From sequence record NC_135731.1: a DNA stretch of 64,000 nt. The stretch is one strand, 5' to 3'. Positions within the stretch are counted from its first letter, which is position 1; every line of letters starts with the position of its first letter. A program made the translations under genes and the position numbers. A model generated the notes under the pieces. It did not search any database, was not told the DNA's origin, and saw only the letters and a program-made list of their open reading frames with translations. This DNA is from a phage. This document shows, one piece after another, positions 1 to 10,688 of the stretch.

Positions 1-1
1 T

Positions 2-1042
2 CTATGCATAATTAACAGTGATCCATTGACCATTTACAAGTTTTTGTAAAGGTCCTGCCCAGTAGGTTGAACCACGCATCTCTTTTTTGTCACCGAAATG
101 CCAGCCTGTGACAACGTAGCCGTTGCGAATTGGAGATTCAGAAACGCCGTCAACAAGTCTTGCACCGATTCTGATGTCTTGCACACCTGTCTGCGGGATA
201 GTGATCGTTACATCACCGTTACCGTTAGCCGTCACTCCGTTCACAGAGCGAACCACATTTCTATTACCGACAACACAGTGCTGGCTTCTTACAACCATAC
301 TGTCACAACTTGCACCACCATTAACATACACTGACCCAGCCGTCAACTGACTAGCCACATTACAGTTGGTGAATGTTGCTGTATTGCTGATAGTAAGGTT
401 ATTGCACCTCATGTTATCGACAACTTCAACATTGCCTACCACTTTCAACAGCGCACGATTAGCCGTGATCGCGTTAAGGTACATCAAAGTGAACTCTGGA
501 TTAATATCCGGCTGAGTTGGCTGGAATCTCCAACGAAACGCATCTACTGTAGATGTACCACCATCATCAAACGACCCGGTATTATCACTTAACCCAAAGT
601 CGAGAGTTGTCTTATCTGGGCCAATAGTTGTCTCTATCCAAGCCTTATCTGTCTCGGCAGCTTTAAAGTTGATACGTTGCAACCCCAAGGGGCCTGTCAT
701 TGTATCACCTGTAACTTTTACATACCTGGCGTCTGCCTCTTCCTTAGTGATAATCCCAAGGTTTCTACGGGCAACAGGGATGTTCAAAAGATCGCTCAAG
801 TTATTATCACGTACCAGATAACGACCTTCTTGAGCGGGGATCTGCTCGTCAGCAATGTATTTTGCCCAAGTCCCGAGCATATTGAAAATATAGTTAAGTT
901 CTTCACAGGATGGCTTTTGACCAAGATCCCAACCTTTTCTCCACAAATCATCAATCGGGCGTAGCCTGTTCTGTCTGTGGGTGTTAGGCAGAACCTGATC
1001 CTCCTCTGCCCAAATCTCTAATGGAAAACTAGGTTTTGACAT
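2..1042 (-). CDS. tail fibre protein (C-terminus truncated by window edge)
   Basis: ORF runs off the left edge; N-terminal region carries the widespread phage tail-fibre motif DARYVKVTGDTMTGPL; lies at distal end of tail module. Confidence 0.55.
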   Translation of the reverse strand: MSKPSFPLEIWAEEDQVLPNTHRQNRLRPIDDLWRKGWDLGQKPSCEELNYIFNMLGTWAKYIADEQIPAQEGRYLVRDNNLSDLLNIPVARRNLGIITKEEADARYVKVTGDTMTGPLGLQRINFKAAETDKAWIETTIGPDKTTLDFGLSDNTGSFDDGGTSTVDAFRWRFQPTQPDINPEFTLMYLNAITANRALLKVVGNVEVVDNMRCNNLTISNTATFTNCNVASQLTAGSVYVNGGASCDSMVVRSQHCVVGNRNVVRSVNGVTANGNGDVTITIPQTGVQDIRIGARLVDGVSESPIRNGYVVTGWHFGDKKEMRGSTYWAGPLQKLVNGQWITVNYA

Positions 1043-1054
1043 TTTATCTCCTGA

Positions 1055-3127
1055 TTATGAGAAGTCTGGCGGGACAACATCTTCTACATACCCTTTCAGA
1101 GCAACCTGCCCCATATGAAGCACGGTAGAATCTCTGGCGGTAACAGTGATGCTGTCAGACATTACTTGCGGGTATGCCCACACATACTGTTTTACCTCAG
1201 GGTATCTATACTCTATGGTTGCCATGTTTCCGCAGATACATCTCCATAAAAATTCTTGGTAATTCCTGGTTGGGTCGTAGCCATATACCGGAGCAAGCTC
1301 TTTGCTAGGAACGAACCCTGCAAGGTATTGTATTTCAGACGGTTGCCAACCTAACTTAACGATAGGTATGTTTACAGACTCTTTTGCCTTTTCAATACCT
1401 CCCTGCATCACCCAATCGTAGCACTCGGTGCAGAAGAAATCAAGAGCACCTGCTTCCTTTTTATATTGGTCAGCAAGGTTCAGCTTTTGCGTAAGCTCGG
1501 TTTCCATGATGGTTGGGAAAAACAGCAAAGCTGTCATCTGAGCTGATGCAGCGTGTGCCTTTATTGCCTTTGAAATAGCCGCAATACGAGCGCCAAGCTT
1601 ACCACGACAAAATGCTACATACTTGTCGTAAACACCGCCAGTTTTAGGATCGTCAATAGTCCCAATATCTAATGCATACTCACCTGTCTCATCATAAAAC
1701 GCCTGCTTTGTAGGGTAATCATAAATACAAGGTCTACGAGTATCGGTATTGTACCACCACCACGGTTCACCAACCTGCATAATCACTGGCAGGTTGTTTC
1801 TCATAGCGGCTGATGCAAAATTCTTAAATACTGCAGTAAGGAAATTCATACCCTCTTCAATGGTTGGAGACAGGAGGTAGCTACAGGGTGTATACCCTGT
1901 TTTAGCGTAGTTATCGTTCCAGTCTCTTTGGGTCCATTCCAACGGGCAGGCATCGCTGAAAAGCTCAAAACTTACAGATTGCATAACGTCGAAGTTATGT
2001 CGTTTGGCATTGTACATAAAATCATCATGCCATTTATAAGCTGCAGCGTTTAGCGCCCCTGTTCTGTTTATAGACCATTGGGTTCCTGACCATGTGTAGT
2101 CATAATAATGACTCATACCAACATAATGGTTTATGGTTCCGGTATAGCCCAGACGCTTGATATTGTTCAACACCCTTAAAGGAGATACGTTCCACATATC
2201 GTCATATGCGGTGCAGATCCCAACGTCGTGCTCTTTAACCTGAATATTGTTAAGTTGCATCATTTTCCAACCCGTGTCTGGCTGAAGCAGATCTAGGCGC
2301 AACTCACACTCTACATTTTCCGTTCTCGGGTCTGTGCTATTACTTACCCAGTCTTTAGGCATAAGCGGTATTAAAATCCTTCTCACCTGCCGAGGATCAA
2401 CACCCATCATGTTGTTGTTCTGATCCATCCCGACGCAGTCCTCGAAATCAATATGAATCTCTGCAACATTCTTATCCTCTGAGATGCTGACAGCATATTG
2501 AGCTAAAGGAACATAGATGATTGTGCCATCAACAAGGTCTACAGTCATAATCATCTTTTCAGGAGTGGAGAAGTTGCTGGCATTGGTTATTGACATTCTG
2601 AACCAAAGCTTGGTGTTTCTCATCTCGTAGTGATCATCAAACCCAATACCGAAATGGTCATACTTGTCAACTGTTTCCCAAATGCACCCAGCCATACCTC
2701 CATATGTTCTTGACACTAAACGGTTAATACAACAGTTGTTATCTGCAACAATACAGGTACTTTCAGTCTGCTGAGTAGTTGTAACCCAATATCTTGGGTG
2801 AAACATTCTCTCCTCAACAGTATCCCAAGATATCCTGTCAAGATTCTCATCTGAAACTATTGTACATTTCGACCTTTGTGTTCCAATCATCACCCCTTGA
2901 GATTTTGATGAAAACTCCATAAAGAAGCTTCTTGGCAACCTGTTGGGTAATTTGTCAACAATTTCTACGGGGATCTCAATACTGGTTGCCCCAATTGGGA
3001 TAGTTACATCGCCCTCAACATGATTATAATCCCTACCAGGAACGGCAGTATCCTGAACTGTGCGGTAATGAAACTGTGCAGCCATTGTAGAGTAATCACG
3101 GTAAGGTTTAAAAACAGCTGTTGCCAT
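1055..3127 (-). CDS. large virion structural protein, function unknown
   Basis: 690-aa ORF inside tail/baseplate block; start codon overlaps stop of upstream gene at nt 3127 (translational coupling); no catalytic motif recognised. Confidence 0.35.
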   Translation of the reverse strand: MATAVFKPYRDYSTMAAQFHYRTVQDTAVPGRDYNHVEGDVTIPIGATSIEIPVEIVDKLPNRLPRSFFMEFSSKSQGVMIGTQRSKCTIVSDENLDRISWDTVEERMFHPRYWVTTTQQTESTCIVADNNCCINRLVSRTYGGMAGCIWETVDKYDHFGIGFDDHYEMRNTKLWFRMSITNASNFSTPEKMIMTVDLVDGTIIYVPLAQYAVSISEDKNVAEIHIDFEDCVGMDQNNNMMGVDPRQVRRILIPLMPKDWVSNSTDPRTENVECELRLDLLQPDTGWKMMQLNNIQVKEHDVGICTAYDDMWNVSPLRVLNNIKRLGYTGTINHYVGMSHYYDYTWSGTQWSINRTGALNAAAYKWHDDFMYNAKRHNFDVMQSVSFELFSDACPLEWTQRDWNDNYAKTGYTPCSYLLSPTIEEGMNFLTAVFKNFASAAMRNNLPVIMQVGEPWWWYNTDTRRPCIYDYPTKQAFYDETGEYALDIGTIDDPKTGGVYDKYVAFCRGKLGARIAAISKAIKAHAASAQMTALLFFPTIMETELTQKLNLADQYKKEAGALDFFCTECYDWVMQGGIEKAKESVNIPIVKLGWQPSEIQYLAGFVPSKELAPVYGYDPTRNYQEFLWRCICGNMATIEYRYPEVKQYVWAYPQVMSDSITVTARDSTVLHMGQVALKGYVEDVVPPDFS

Positions 3128-3813
3128 TAACCCTCCTGTCTAGTTGCGTTTACTGTAATACTTTCACAATAAATGGTTGTGGTGTCCCAATCAGGTCTTA
3201 CGTCAGGAACATATAGCAAAGTAGCCAGCCCACCAACTCCAAACTGGTTTTCTTCCCATACTGATCCGAAGCCAAGAGCTGTGGAGTCCCCTTCAAAACC
3301 AAAAGCTTGCCCTTGCGATTCTGTAAGACGCAAATGACAAGGCAATGGTAACATATCTAAGATCTGATCGATAGACTGCAATATGTCAAAGCAAGTTTTT
3401 CTAATATTTATGTCAAACCTGAAGTTGTCTCCTTTCCACGTATCGAAATTGTCTCTTCCGAACAATTGTCGCAAGGTGGAGATGACATCTTCGCGAGTCC
3501 CGCCCCTTGATGCTGCGGCCTGCTGAATAATTAGTGTGGCACGAAAATCAGCATCTGAAAGTCCATTCCTAAGAATACCAAGTTGATTACCAACTTCGTC
3601 AAGGTATCTTCCGCTGGCATTGTTAAGCAATCTTCCTTCAGCCAAACCTACCAGCATCTTATCAACATCCTCCAACCTTTTAAGGTATACGGTTAAGAAT
3701 GTGACTAAATTAACCTTCTCAGCCAGAAAATCTCCAGGTAGGTAGTCAAGACCTCCCTGAACAAAATCTGGCAGAGTGTGGATGTGGTTAACATCCGACT
3801 TAATCTCTGCCAT
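3127..3813 (-). CDS. putative baseplate protein (gpI-like position)
   Basis: 228-aa ORF immediately downstream of baseplate-J-like gene, as in P2/Mu-type baseplate modules; assignment by position only. Confidence 0.3.
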   Translation of the reverse strand: MAEIKSDVNHIHTLPDFVQGGLDYLPGDFLAEKVNLVTFLTVYLKRLEDVDKMLVGLAEGRLLNNASGRYLDEVGNQLGILRNGLSDADFRATLIIQQAAASRGGTREDVISTLRQLFGRDNFDTWKGDNFRFDINIRKTCFDILQSIDQILDMLPLPCHLRLTESQGQAFGFEGDSTALGFGSVWEENQFGVGGLATLLYVPDVRPDWDTTTIYCESITVNATRQEG

Positions 3814-3824
3814 ATCTCGCCGCC

Positions 3825-5315
3825 TTAAATAGTTTGTTGGAAAGTTATATTACTTTCATCGAGGTCAAACACCTCGGTCATGTTTGCAACAATATCGTTT
3901 GCAGTGTAAGCTTCATCGGAAGCCCCCACAGGCTTAACTTGAATTACCAGTCTATTAAATCTACCTATCGACACAGCAGCTGATGCAGCACCAACCAATT
4001 GGATATTGTACAACGTATCTGCAACATCCAGTCCGTTAACAACCTGCAAAAGAGCCTCTACAATGGCATCTTTTTCGGTTGTGGAAAGCGCAGCACCGGA
4101 GTAGGTAATTCTTACATCCAAACGGTAGGTATTTGCCTTGGAATAATAAATTCTTTCAGTTTGACCGTCAGATGTAGTTACATCGTAGAAAATATTACCA
4201 TAAGTCCTGTTCGTACAGGCTATAGTTTGGTAAAGTGCTTGGCAAATGTCCTCCGTTGCACCACCAAACACAACCACTTGGAACTTGTAAGGAGGTATAC
4301 CTTTAGCATCAGTTTTATCGGTATTGTTAGAGAACACTCTCACTTTCTCAACACCTTTCACCTCGCTTACAGCGCTAAGGATTGCAGGACGGGTAGCCTT
4401 AGATGTTAACTGTTTTGTGCTGGAAGCTCTTAAGCGATACTCTGAGTCTTTCTCAACATCCCTGCCCTCATTGAATCTTTCTCTGTTGGTAAGCTTGATA
4501 AATCCACTGGGAGTAGGCGACATTGTTGTCACGGTTTCTGCCTCTCTTGACAGCTCACCAGCCTCGTTAGCTATAACATCTAGGGTGATAGTTCTTTCCC
4601 CTACAATCGGGGATACTCTGAAATCTACCCTACTATTAAGTCCAACTTGATCAAGATTCGAATTGTAACCTATCCACAACGTTCCTGTCAACATATCGAT
4701 CTGAATCAAATCGTCGTTCAACAGGGTTGTATTATCGACAATGAATTGCTTAATCTCTCCGTAAAAGCTTGGCAGATCAGAAGAGTCCAGAGCCTTATCT
4801 GTTAAAACCAAACTTTTTGTTTTGATACTTCCATCTGTCTGGTTGGTAATTTGAAAGTTGTATTTACCAATCCTTAGGTCTGGAGCATTTATTCTGTGGG
4901 CAATAAGATTCCCTGCCACTTGAACATCATTGCTAAGAACAAAGTTGCCACTATCCAGCGTATAAGTTTTGGAATCATAAATCATATTGTACGGCACAGT
5001 TGTGTTGATCGTCAACTGGCAGGTACCTGATGATTTAGAACGGCCTCTTCGGTAAATACCCTGCCTTCCAAGAAGTTCGTCTAGGTAAATACCTTCTGCC
5101 CCATACAGCGTCTGCGATGCGTATACAGATGCTGCCATAAGAATAAGTTGATACTCTCGCTCGTTGAAGATAGTGGTCAGCTTATCTGCAACGGAGTTAC
5201 TCTGTACGTTGAAGTTTTCGCCAAAAGCACGGATCAGGCTTTGCTTAGTTTCAACGATTAGGTCATTTAGGGTTGGTATAACGAAACCAGCCTCTGTCAA
5301 TCCATACTTAGCCAC
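3825..5315 (-). CDS. baseplate J-like wedge protein
   Basis: 496-aa ORF whose N-terminal region resembles the Baseplate_J family pattern (PTLNDLIVETKQSLIRAFGENF...GEGIYLDELLGRQGIYRRG); recognised by eye only. Confidence 0.45.
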   Translation of the reverse strand: MAKYGLTEAGFVIPTLNDLIVETKQSLIRAFGENFNVQSNSVADKLTTIFNEREYQLILMAASVYASQTLYGAEGIYLDELLGRQGIYRRGRSKSSGTCQLTINTTVPYNMIYDSKTYTLDSGNFVLSNDVQVAGNLIAHRINAPDLRIGKYNFQITNQTDGSIKTKSLVLTDKALDSSDLPSFYGEIKQFIVDNTTLLNDDLIQIDMLTGTLWIGYNSNLDQVGLNSRVDFRVSPIVGERTITLDVIANEAGELSREAETVTTMSPTPSGFIKLTNRERFNEGRDVEKDSEYRLRASSTKQLTSKATRPAILSAVSEVKGVEKVRVFSNNTDKTDAKGIPPYKFQVVVFGGATEDICQALYQTIACTNRTYGNIFYDVTTSDGQTERIYYSKANTYRLDVRITYSGAALSTTEKDAIVEALLQVVNGLDVADTLYNIQLVGAASAAVSIGRFNRLVIQVKPVGASDEAYTANDIVANMTEVFDLDESNITFQQTI

Positions 5316-5384
5316 GTCACTCCTCCGGTATGAAAATCTCTACAAGGTATTTTACCAAATTTTGTAACAATAGTCAATCTGAGC

Positions 5385-5413
5385 ATAAAAATAAACCCCG
5401 CCGAAGCGGGGGC
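5385..5413 (-). terminator. intrinsic terminator (minus strand)
   Basis: minus-strand hairpin CCCCGC-UUCG-GCGGGG followed by U-rich tract (plus-strand aaaccccgccgaagcgggggc preceded by ataaaaataaa), just downstream of stop of 5422..9021 gene. Confidence 0.6.
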
Positions 5414-5421
5414 TTTAAAGG

Positions 5422-8400
5422 TTAGTCGTGAGACTCGTTCCAAGGTCCCTGGAAGCTTGAGTTAGAACGACTAACGATCACAGTGGGACAGGAGATTGTG
5501 ACACTTGTCACGTTTGACGTTGACCACGGGGTGTAGATTTCAATAATAATGTCTATAGTTTGTTCACCTAGACCTGTTATCCCAATTGCACACATGCCAT
5601 CGTTGTCGTTTCCGTACTTCTTGCCAGCAAGGAGTTGATGACCAGCTATCCACGCATTTAGTTGGGAGTTGGCACGAGTACCTTTCAGTTTAAAGAAGAA
5701 TGTTACGTTCTTACCTTGACCTGAAACGTTATCTACGTATCTCCACCTCCAACGGCAAACCCTCTGCTGGGAGTTATGCACTGGAGCACAATCTCCGTAA
5801 GTCCTGTGTGCAACAATTGCACCTTCGAACTGGTTAGCACGGATAACAGAAGCTTCTACACGACCACGGAATGTACCTCCGGTTGCATCTATGGTACCTC
5901 TAAAGCTACCATTATTGGCATAAACATCTCCACGGAAGGTACCACTAGTGGCATTAACTGCCCCTGTGAAGTTACCAGAACTGGCGTTGATGTTGCCTTT
6001 CACCCACACATCCATAAATTGGGCATGCCCGTTCTTGTTAATATACCAACCGTATTTATGGTACCCGTTGCCATCGTAGTTGTTTGACGAAATTTCTTGT
6101 GCGATCTTGGCAGAGGAGATCGTGCCATTCTCTATAAAAGCGTCTTTCAAGAACGCTTGGTTGTTCTTGATTGCGAAAGCAAGGGTTGCTGTTCCATTTC
6201 CGGGGTTATATACCGCAAAGTTGTTTGCACTAACCATGAAGTATGATTGAACTTGTCCTCCAGACCCCTCCATGCCCAGCTGGATACCTGCCACATATTT
6301 ATTACCATGGCTGTCAACCTGAATCTTAGCTCCCCACTGAGCATCTATTTTACCCTCAAGTGTTGTTACAGCTTTAGAGGTATTAGATACTGTAGCCCTG
6401 AGCTCATCAATATTACCCATTTCGTCAACAATTTCTTGTTTTGCAGAGGTAAGTTCTTGACGGATCGCTGTGGCTGTATTATTAACAAGATCAACTGTTG
6501 TACTATTAGTTTCTTGAATAGATGCTTGCAGATTGGCAACCTCTTTCTGCACATCATCTTCCAGCTTGGTGATCTTCCCTGTAGCTGCCACCAGATCCTG
6601 CTTAATAGCTTCCGTTGTCTTATTTAGCAGATCGGTTGTTGCCTTGTTGGTTTCTTGAATAGAGGAGTTAAGTTTGCTCTCAGTGTTCTTCAACTCTTCC
6701 CGCAGAGTACCTTGAGTTGCAGTTATTTGCTCACTCAATGCTTGAGTTTTACGATTAACGAGATCAACGGTTGATCTATTTGTTGTCTCGATTAGTGACC
6801 CAAGCCTACCAGACTCTGCTGCAAGTTTATCGTCAAAGGATTGCTGAGCTGCTACCAGCTTACTGTTAAGGGCAGAAATTTCTCCATTAACCCCTGTAAA
6901 TTTTTCTGTCGTCTCTCTGACAACACCCTCTATTGTATCCCCAAGCTCTTCAAAAATGCTAGTAACACGGTCATTGACTGCACCAACATTTTTATCCATT
7001 TCCTTGACTGCATTATCAAGATTGGCGGTAAGCTCTTTATAAGTCTCTGTCTTTTTGAACTCAGCATCAATCTGTGGCATAAGATCTTCTATGGATGTGT
7101 AACAGCGGGCTGCACACTCCACAAAAGCAGATGAACCAAAAGCATTTGTTGTCCTGATATACCAGTAATAAATCTTATCGTTCTGCAGACCTTCAGATGT
7201 CCAAGTTGAACCAACACCCATACGAGTGGCTTTTGAAGTAACTGTTACATCACTGGTATCTGGCAATCTTGTCATCCCAGATGTCCAAAAGTCGTACTGG
7301 GTGCTTACACTAGCCAAGTCTCTGCTGTGCGGGATCAGGGTAATAGCAAAGTATCCCTGTTTAACCTCCACAGAAACAGGAGCTTCAGGTGCCTGAATGT
7401 TGAACTCACAATATGCTTCCGGAGATACGCCACCTTTATAAGATGTTGCAACCACGGTTGCTGTGTATGACCCCTTGGTCAAGCCTTCTACTCTGACAAA
7501 CTGCTCAACTGTTTGTGCTGTCCAAACAATCTCTCCGTTCTTTCTTACCTGCACAATATTTTGAGCGTAGGTCCCAACGTTGTCCCAAGCCAAAACACCG
7601 TGAGTTACTTCTCCAGCTTGGAGAACGGAATATCTGAAGTTTTGCGGTTGAGCTATACCAGATGGAGATATTGGAATATCTACATCACCAGAATCCGGAA
7701 GTTGACCCGTGGCATCATTCCACTCTTTAGCATCTTGACGAAGTTTTACCTTGACGCCACCCTTTTTGGTAAACTCCCATTCAAGAACTCTCATTTCTTG
7801 GCCCACTATACCAATACTTGGGAGGTCCATCGTAACGTAACGACCAGGTTTAAATTTGAAACCTCGCATATTGCAGGTGACTTCAATAATCCTACCAGCT
7901 CTGGCACGTCTTAGGAAGATTGCAGAAACACGCTGAGCTTGATAAGGACTGGTAACAAAACGATAGTCTATATCGATTATCTTTCTTTCTCCATCCTTCT
8001 CTATCCACTCTGGGACAAACACTGATGGAAAATCTGTTTCAGAATATCCTTTGGTCGGACTAGTGAATCTGCCAGTTATTGTGTTGGATCTTTTGTCAAA
8101 TGAGGCTTCCGGATAGATCTTTACCTCACCACAGACACAATCCTCACTCAGTGTCATTGTTGCCGGGCCATAGTATGCACCAACCAGCAAACCATACTTA
8201 CCAGCTACATAGCTGAGATCTGCGCCACAAGCTTTCAGCATTTCTGCCATAATACTTGCTGGTGCCTCATCCATATCGAACTCGCCATTAATTGTGTAAC
8301 GGCGCTCACTGGTTCCGTCTGCGTTTTTTACCTCCTCGTCACATATGTTGGCAGCCTCCTTGAAGGACTCCCAGTTGATGGTTTCGTCAGGACATTTAAG

Positions 8401-9021
8401 GTATGTTCTTAAATAGTCCAGAATCACTAAGGCCGCGTTATTGGTATACACCTCTTTACTGATGCGAGGGTCATAGCATTTTTTACCAACCTTGACCAGT
8501 GTAACGTTTGGCAACCCAAAAGGAAACTTATTAGGGTCAAACTTGAAGCTGGCACGCAGCCAACTGATCCCTCTACCTATCATATCTGGTGACCACGATG
8601 GGCAGTGTGTACCCATGAAAGGATCAGATGTTTTTCTGTCGTTATGTAGCTCCCACGATACCAGATCTCCATACGAGGAAATAGGATTACCGTCGATGAG
8701 TATGTCTTCTATACCTTCCAGAGGATGATTAGCAAGAACAATGGCACAATGGAGGGTTCTGTCTCTGTCCTGCTCCAAAAACGCAAGCAGCCCAGACGTG
8801 CGTGTCTTTCCATACACTACAGAGCAGGGTGCAGCAGAAGATCTGAGAAGCTTTTGTCTATCTTGCTGACTTCTGTAAGATTTGTTGCCCTCAAAAATCT
8901 TATCCAGAGTTCTGGTGGTAACAGTGTTCAGGCTGTCAGCCAGAGCTGCCTTGGATGCGTTCCAGTCATAGCTTGAAGATCTTGCAGAAGCAACGATGTT
9001 ATCAATCATTGCAATTGGCAT
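5422..9021 (-). CDS. large tail fibre / host-specificity protein
   Basis: 1199-aa ORF with central coiled-coil heptad-like repeats (LNSSIQETN..., LQASIQETN...) and C-terminal short repeats (SGNFTGAVNATSGTFRGDVYANNGSFRGTIDATGGTFRG) typical of fibre shafts. Confidence 0.5.
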   Translation of the reverse strand: MPIAMIDNIVASARSSSYDWNASKAALADSLNTVTTRTLDKIFEGNKSYRSQQDRQKLLRSSAAPCSVVYGKTRTSGLLAFLEQDRDRTLHCAIVLANHPLEGIEDILIDGNPISSYGDLVSWELHNDRKTSDPFMGTHCPSWSPDMIGRGISWLRASFKFDPNKFPFGLPNVTLVKVGKKCYDPRISKEVYTNNAALVILDYLRTYLKCPDETINWESFKEAANICDEEVKNADGTSERRYTINGEFDMDEAPASIMAEMLKACGADLSYVAGKYGLLVGAYYGPATMTLSEDCVCGEVKIYPEASFDKRSNTITGRFTSPTKGYSETDFPSVFVPEWIEKDGERKIIDIDYRFVTSPYQAQRVSAIFLRRARAGRIIEVTCNMRGFKFKPGRYVTMDLPSIGIVGQEMRVLEWEFTKKGGVKVKLRQDAKEWNDATGQLPDSGDVDIPISPSGIAQPQNFRYSVLQAGEVTHGVLAWDNVGTYAQNIVQVRKNGEIVWTAQTVEQFVRVEGLTKGSYTATVVATSYKGGVSPEAYCEFNIQAPEAPVSVEVKQGYFAITLIPHSRDLASVSTQYDFWTSGMTRLPDTSDVTVTSKATRMGVGSTWTSEGLQNDKIYYWYIRTTNAFGSSAFVECAARCYTSIEDLMPQIDAEFKKTETYKELTANLDNAVKEMDKNVGAVNDRVTSIFEELGDTIEGVVRETTEKFTGVNGEISALNSKLVAAQQSFDDKLAAESGRLGSLIETTNRSTVDLVNRKTQALSEQITATQGTLREELKNTESKLNSSIQETNKATTDLLNKTTEAIKQDLVAATGKITKLEDDVQKEVANLQASIQETNSTTVDLVNNTATAIRQELTSAKQEIVDEMGNIDELRATVSNTSKAVTTLEGKIDAQWGAKIQVDSHGNKYVAGIQLGMEGSGGQVQSYFMVSANNFAVYNPGNGTATLAFAIKNNQAFLKDAFIENGTISSAKIAQEISSNNYDGNGYHKYGWYINKNGHAQFMDVWVKGNINASSGNFTGAVNATSGTFRGDVYANNGSFRGTIDATGGTFRGRVEASVIRANQFEGAIVAHRTYGDCAPVHNSQQRVCRWRWRYVDNVSGQGKNVTFFFKLKGTRANSQLNAWIAGHQLLAGKKYGNDNDGMCAIGITGLGEQTIDIIIEIYTPWSTSNVTSVTISCPTVIVSRSNSSFQGPWNESHD

Positions 9022-9458
9022 TAATACCTCCAGACATCAACAACGATAGAATCTTTCATGTCGAACATAAAGACCCCTTTATCACCTTTCGCCCAAATCT
9101 GGTTGTTCCAGAACACACCAGCGGTGAGCCCGTTCAGACCCTCGAAGATAACAATATCGCCACGCTGAACCTGTTTAGGAGTATCTAGTCGAGTCATAAA
9201 GAGATCAAAAATAGTAGGTAGGTGTGTGGTTTTGAAACGGAGCATGCACCATCTTTTGCTTTCCAACTCTGTTTTATACGTTCCTTCGAAGTTAGAAAGA
9301 AAATCTGTTCCGTATTGGGCATCAACACACTTGGCTGCAAAGGTGCAACAATCGTGGAATCCCCATTCAAAAGGTATGGTGGCCTCTTCGTCAAACACTT
9401 TCCACAATCTTTCTTGCCAATCTACTAAACGAGGATGTGTGCTCATTAAACCTCCCAA
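9021..9458 (-). CDS. hypothetical tail-associated protein
   Basis: 145-aa ORF, start overlaps downstream gene; Cys/His-containing segment (FHDCCTF) but no secure family assignment. Confidence 0.3.
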   Translation of the reverse strand: MGGLMSTHPRLVDWQERLWKVFDEEATIPFEWGFHDCCTFAAKCVDAQYGTDFLSNFEGTYKTELESKRWCMLRFKTTHLPTIFDLFMTRLDTPKQVQRGDIVIFEGLNGLTAGVFWNNQIWAKGDKGVFMFDMKDSIVVDVWRY

Positions 9459-10012
9459 ATGATCGGGCGGCTCGCCACCTGATCCACATATTTAAAAAAT
9501 CTGTCATTATCGTTTCTTGAGCTGTGGCTTTCCTCCGTGTACCGATAAGGAAAACCTCTTAACCAACTGTTGAAGATGGAAGAGATGGATATGGACAAAG
9601 CACTATTCTCACCTGTCTGAATAGCCATATCTGTTATAAGTCCGTCAAACAAGCCATTGGTTGTAACAGGCAGACCATTCTCCATAGCGGTAATGTACAA
9701 CGTGGCACGACAACCAGAATACTCCGTCTTCAGTAGATCACCAACATACTTAGGATCAAACCCGTTCAATGTTGCTACCACAGATCCGAAGTTGGTGGCA
9801 TCTTTCTCAGACACAGCAGTTAATGTTGCTGATCCACCTATCCCTATAAAATGTTGCCCCTCAATTACTACAACACCAGTGCCTGAGCACACCCTGACAG
9901 TCCCTGTCGGTAGCTCTAGCTTTGCAGCAATTAAGATCTCAACACCATCAAGCTCCAGCTTCTCAAGAAATAAATTATCTAATGGCGCTCTGATCATCTT
10001 AGAAATCCTCAA
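9446..10012 (-). CDS. hypothetical tail-associated protein
   Basis: 188-aa ORF in tail module, overlapping neighbours by a few codons. Confidence 0.3.
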   Translation of the reverse strand: MRISKMIRAPLDNLFLEKLELDGVEILIAAKLELPTGTVRVCSGTGVVVIEGQHFIGIGGSATLTAVSEKDATNFGSVVATLNGFDPKYVGDLLKTEYSGCRATLYITAMENGLPVTTNGLFDGLITDMAIQTGENSALSISISSIFNSWLRGFPYRYTEESHSSRNDNDRFFKYVDQVASRPIIWEV

Positions 10013-10589
10013 AGAAGGTGATAACTATATTATCACCTTTTTGCATAGCATCGACTTTTTGCTTAATTTTATAAATATCTCTGATATGAAACCTACCCTT
10101 TGGGGATTGAGTTATTATCTTCATAGTATCCCCTGCGGCAATAGGTTTTCTAAGTCTTGGAGATATGCTTATAACAGCAGACCCAACACCATCGCTGCGC
10201 ACTGGAGCTGTTACCACTTTCAACTCATCATTGACAGATATTTTATCCCCAGCTCTGGCTATGTCTCTGTTTGGCTCCCACCCAACCGTCTTCAAAAAAT
10301 CGTCGTTACCGGTAGGCCCAAGGGCGATTGGCTCATTAGCTGTAACTGAGTGACCGTAAGTTTTAATAAGAAAGATGTTTCCATCTTTATACACCTGATC
10401 AACAAAACTCTTAAGTTCCAGCAGCTGAGACTCGCTGATATTTGAAACCGTCAGAGTGCCTTTCCAGTTAGGTGTGGCATAGGTTACTTTTTGCGTTTTA
10501 CCTGTAAACGGACTTTTAAACGTAACAATATCTGCCAGCAGCTCCAATCTAATATCTGGAAGATATCTAGGCCTTTCCCATAAAAACAT
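9999..10589 (-). CDS. hypothetical tail-associated protein
   Basis: 196-aa ORF downstream of the long tail fibre gene. Confidence 0.3.
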   Translation of the reverse strand: MFLWERPRYLPDIRLELLADIVTFKSPFTGKTQKVTYATPNWKGTLTVSNISESQLLELKSFVDQVYKDGNIFLIKTYGHSVTANEPIALGPTGNDDFLKTVGWEPNRDIARAGDKISVNDELKVVTAPVRSDGVGSAVISISPRLRKPIAAGDTMKIITQSPKGRFHIRDIYKIKQKVDAMQKGDNIVITFFEDF

Positions 10590-10650
10590 TGTGCCTCCAG
10601 GTTAAACAATCATGATAGTTATTTTACCAGATTTTAAGTTAATACGCAAT

Positions 10651-10682
10651 ACAAACAAAAAGCCCCCGCCGAAGCGAGGGCA
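10651..10682 (-). terminator. intrinsic terminator (minus strand)
   Basis: hairpin with UUCG loop that is fully paired only on the minus strand (a G-U wobble there is a C-A mismatch on plus), followed by UUUUUGUUUGU; directly after stop of 10689..14495. Confidence 0.6.
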
Positions 10683-10688
10683 AAACAG

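Noticed and set aside
98-350. ORFs 98..334 and 123..350 on the plus strand inside the tail fibre gene
   Set aside because: Entirely antisense to a long, well-supported structural gene, with low-complexity Thr/Ser/Val-rich translations; typical spurious frames.
9021-9458. NlpC/P60 peptidase assignment for the 145-aa tail protein
   Set aside because: Only a vague Cys/His pattern (HDCCTF) without the conserved Cys-His-His spacing; insufficient to call.
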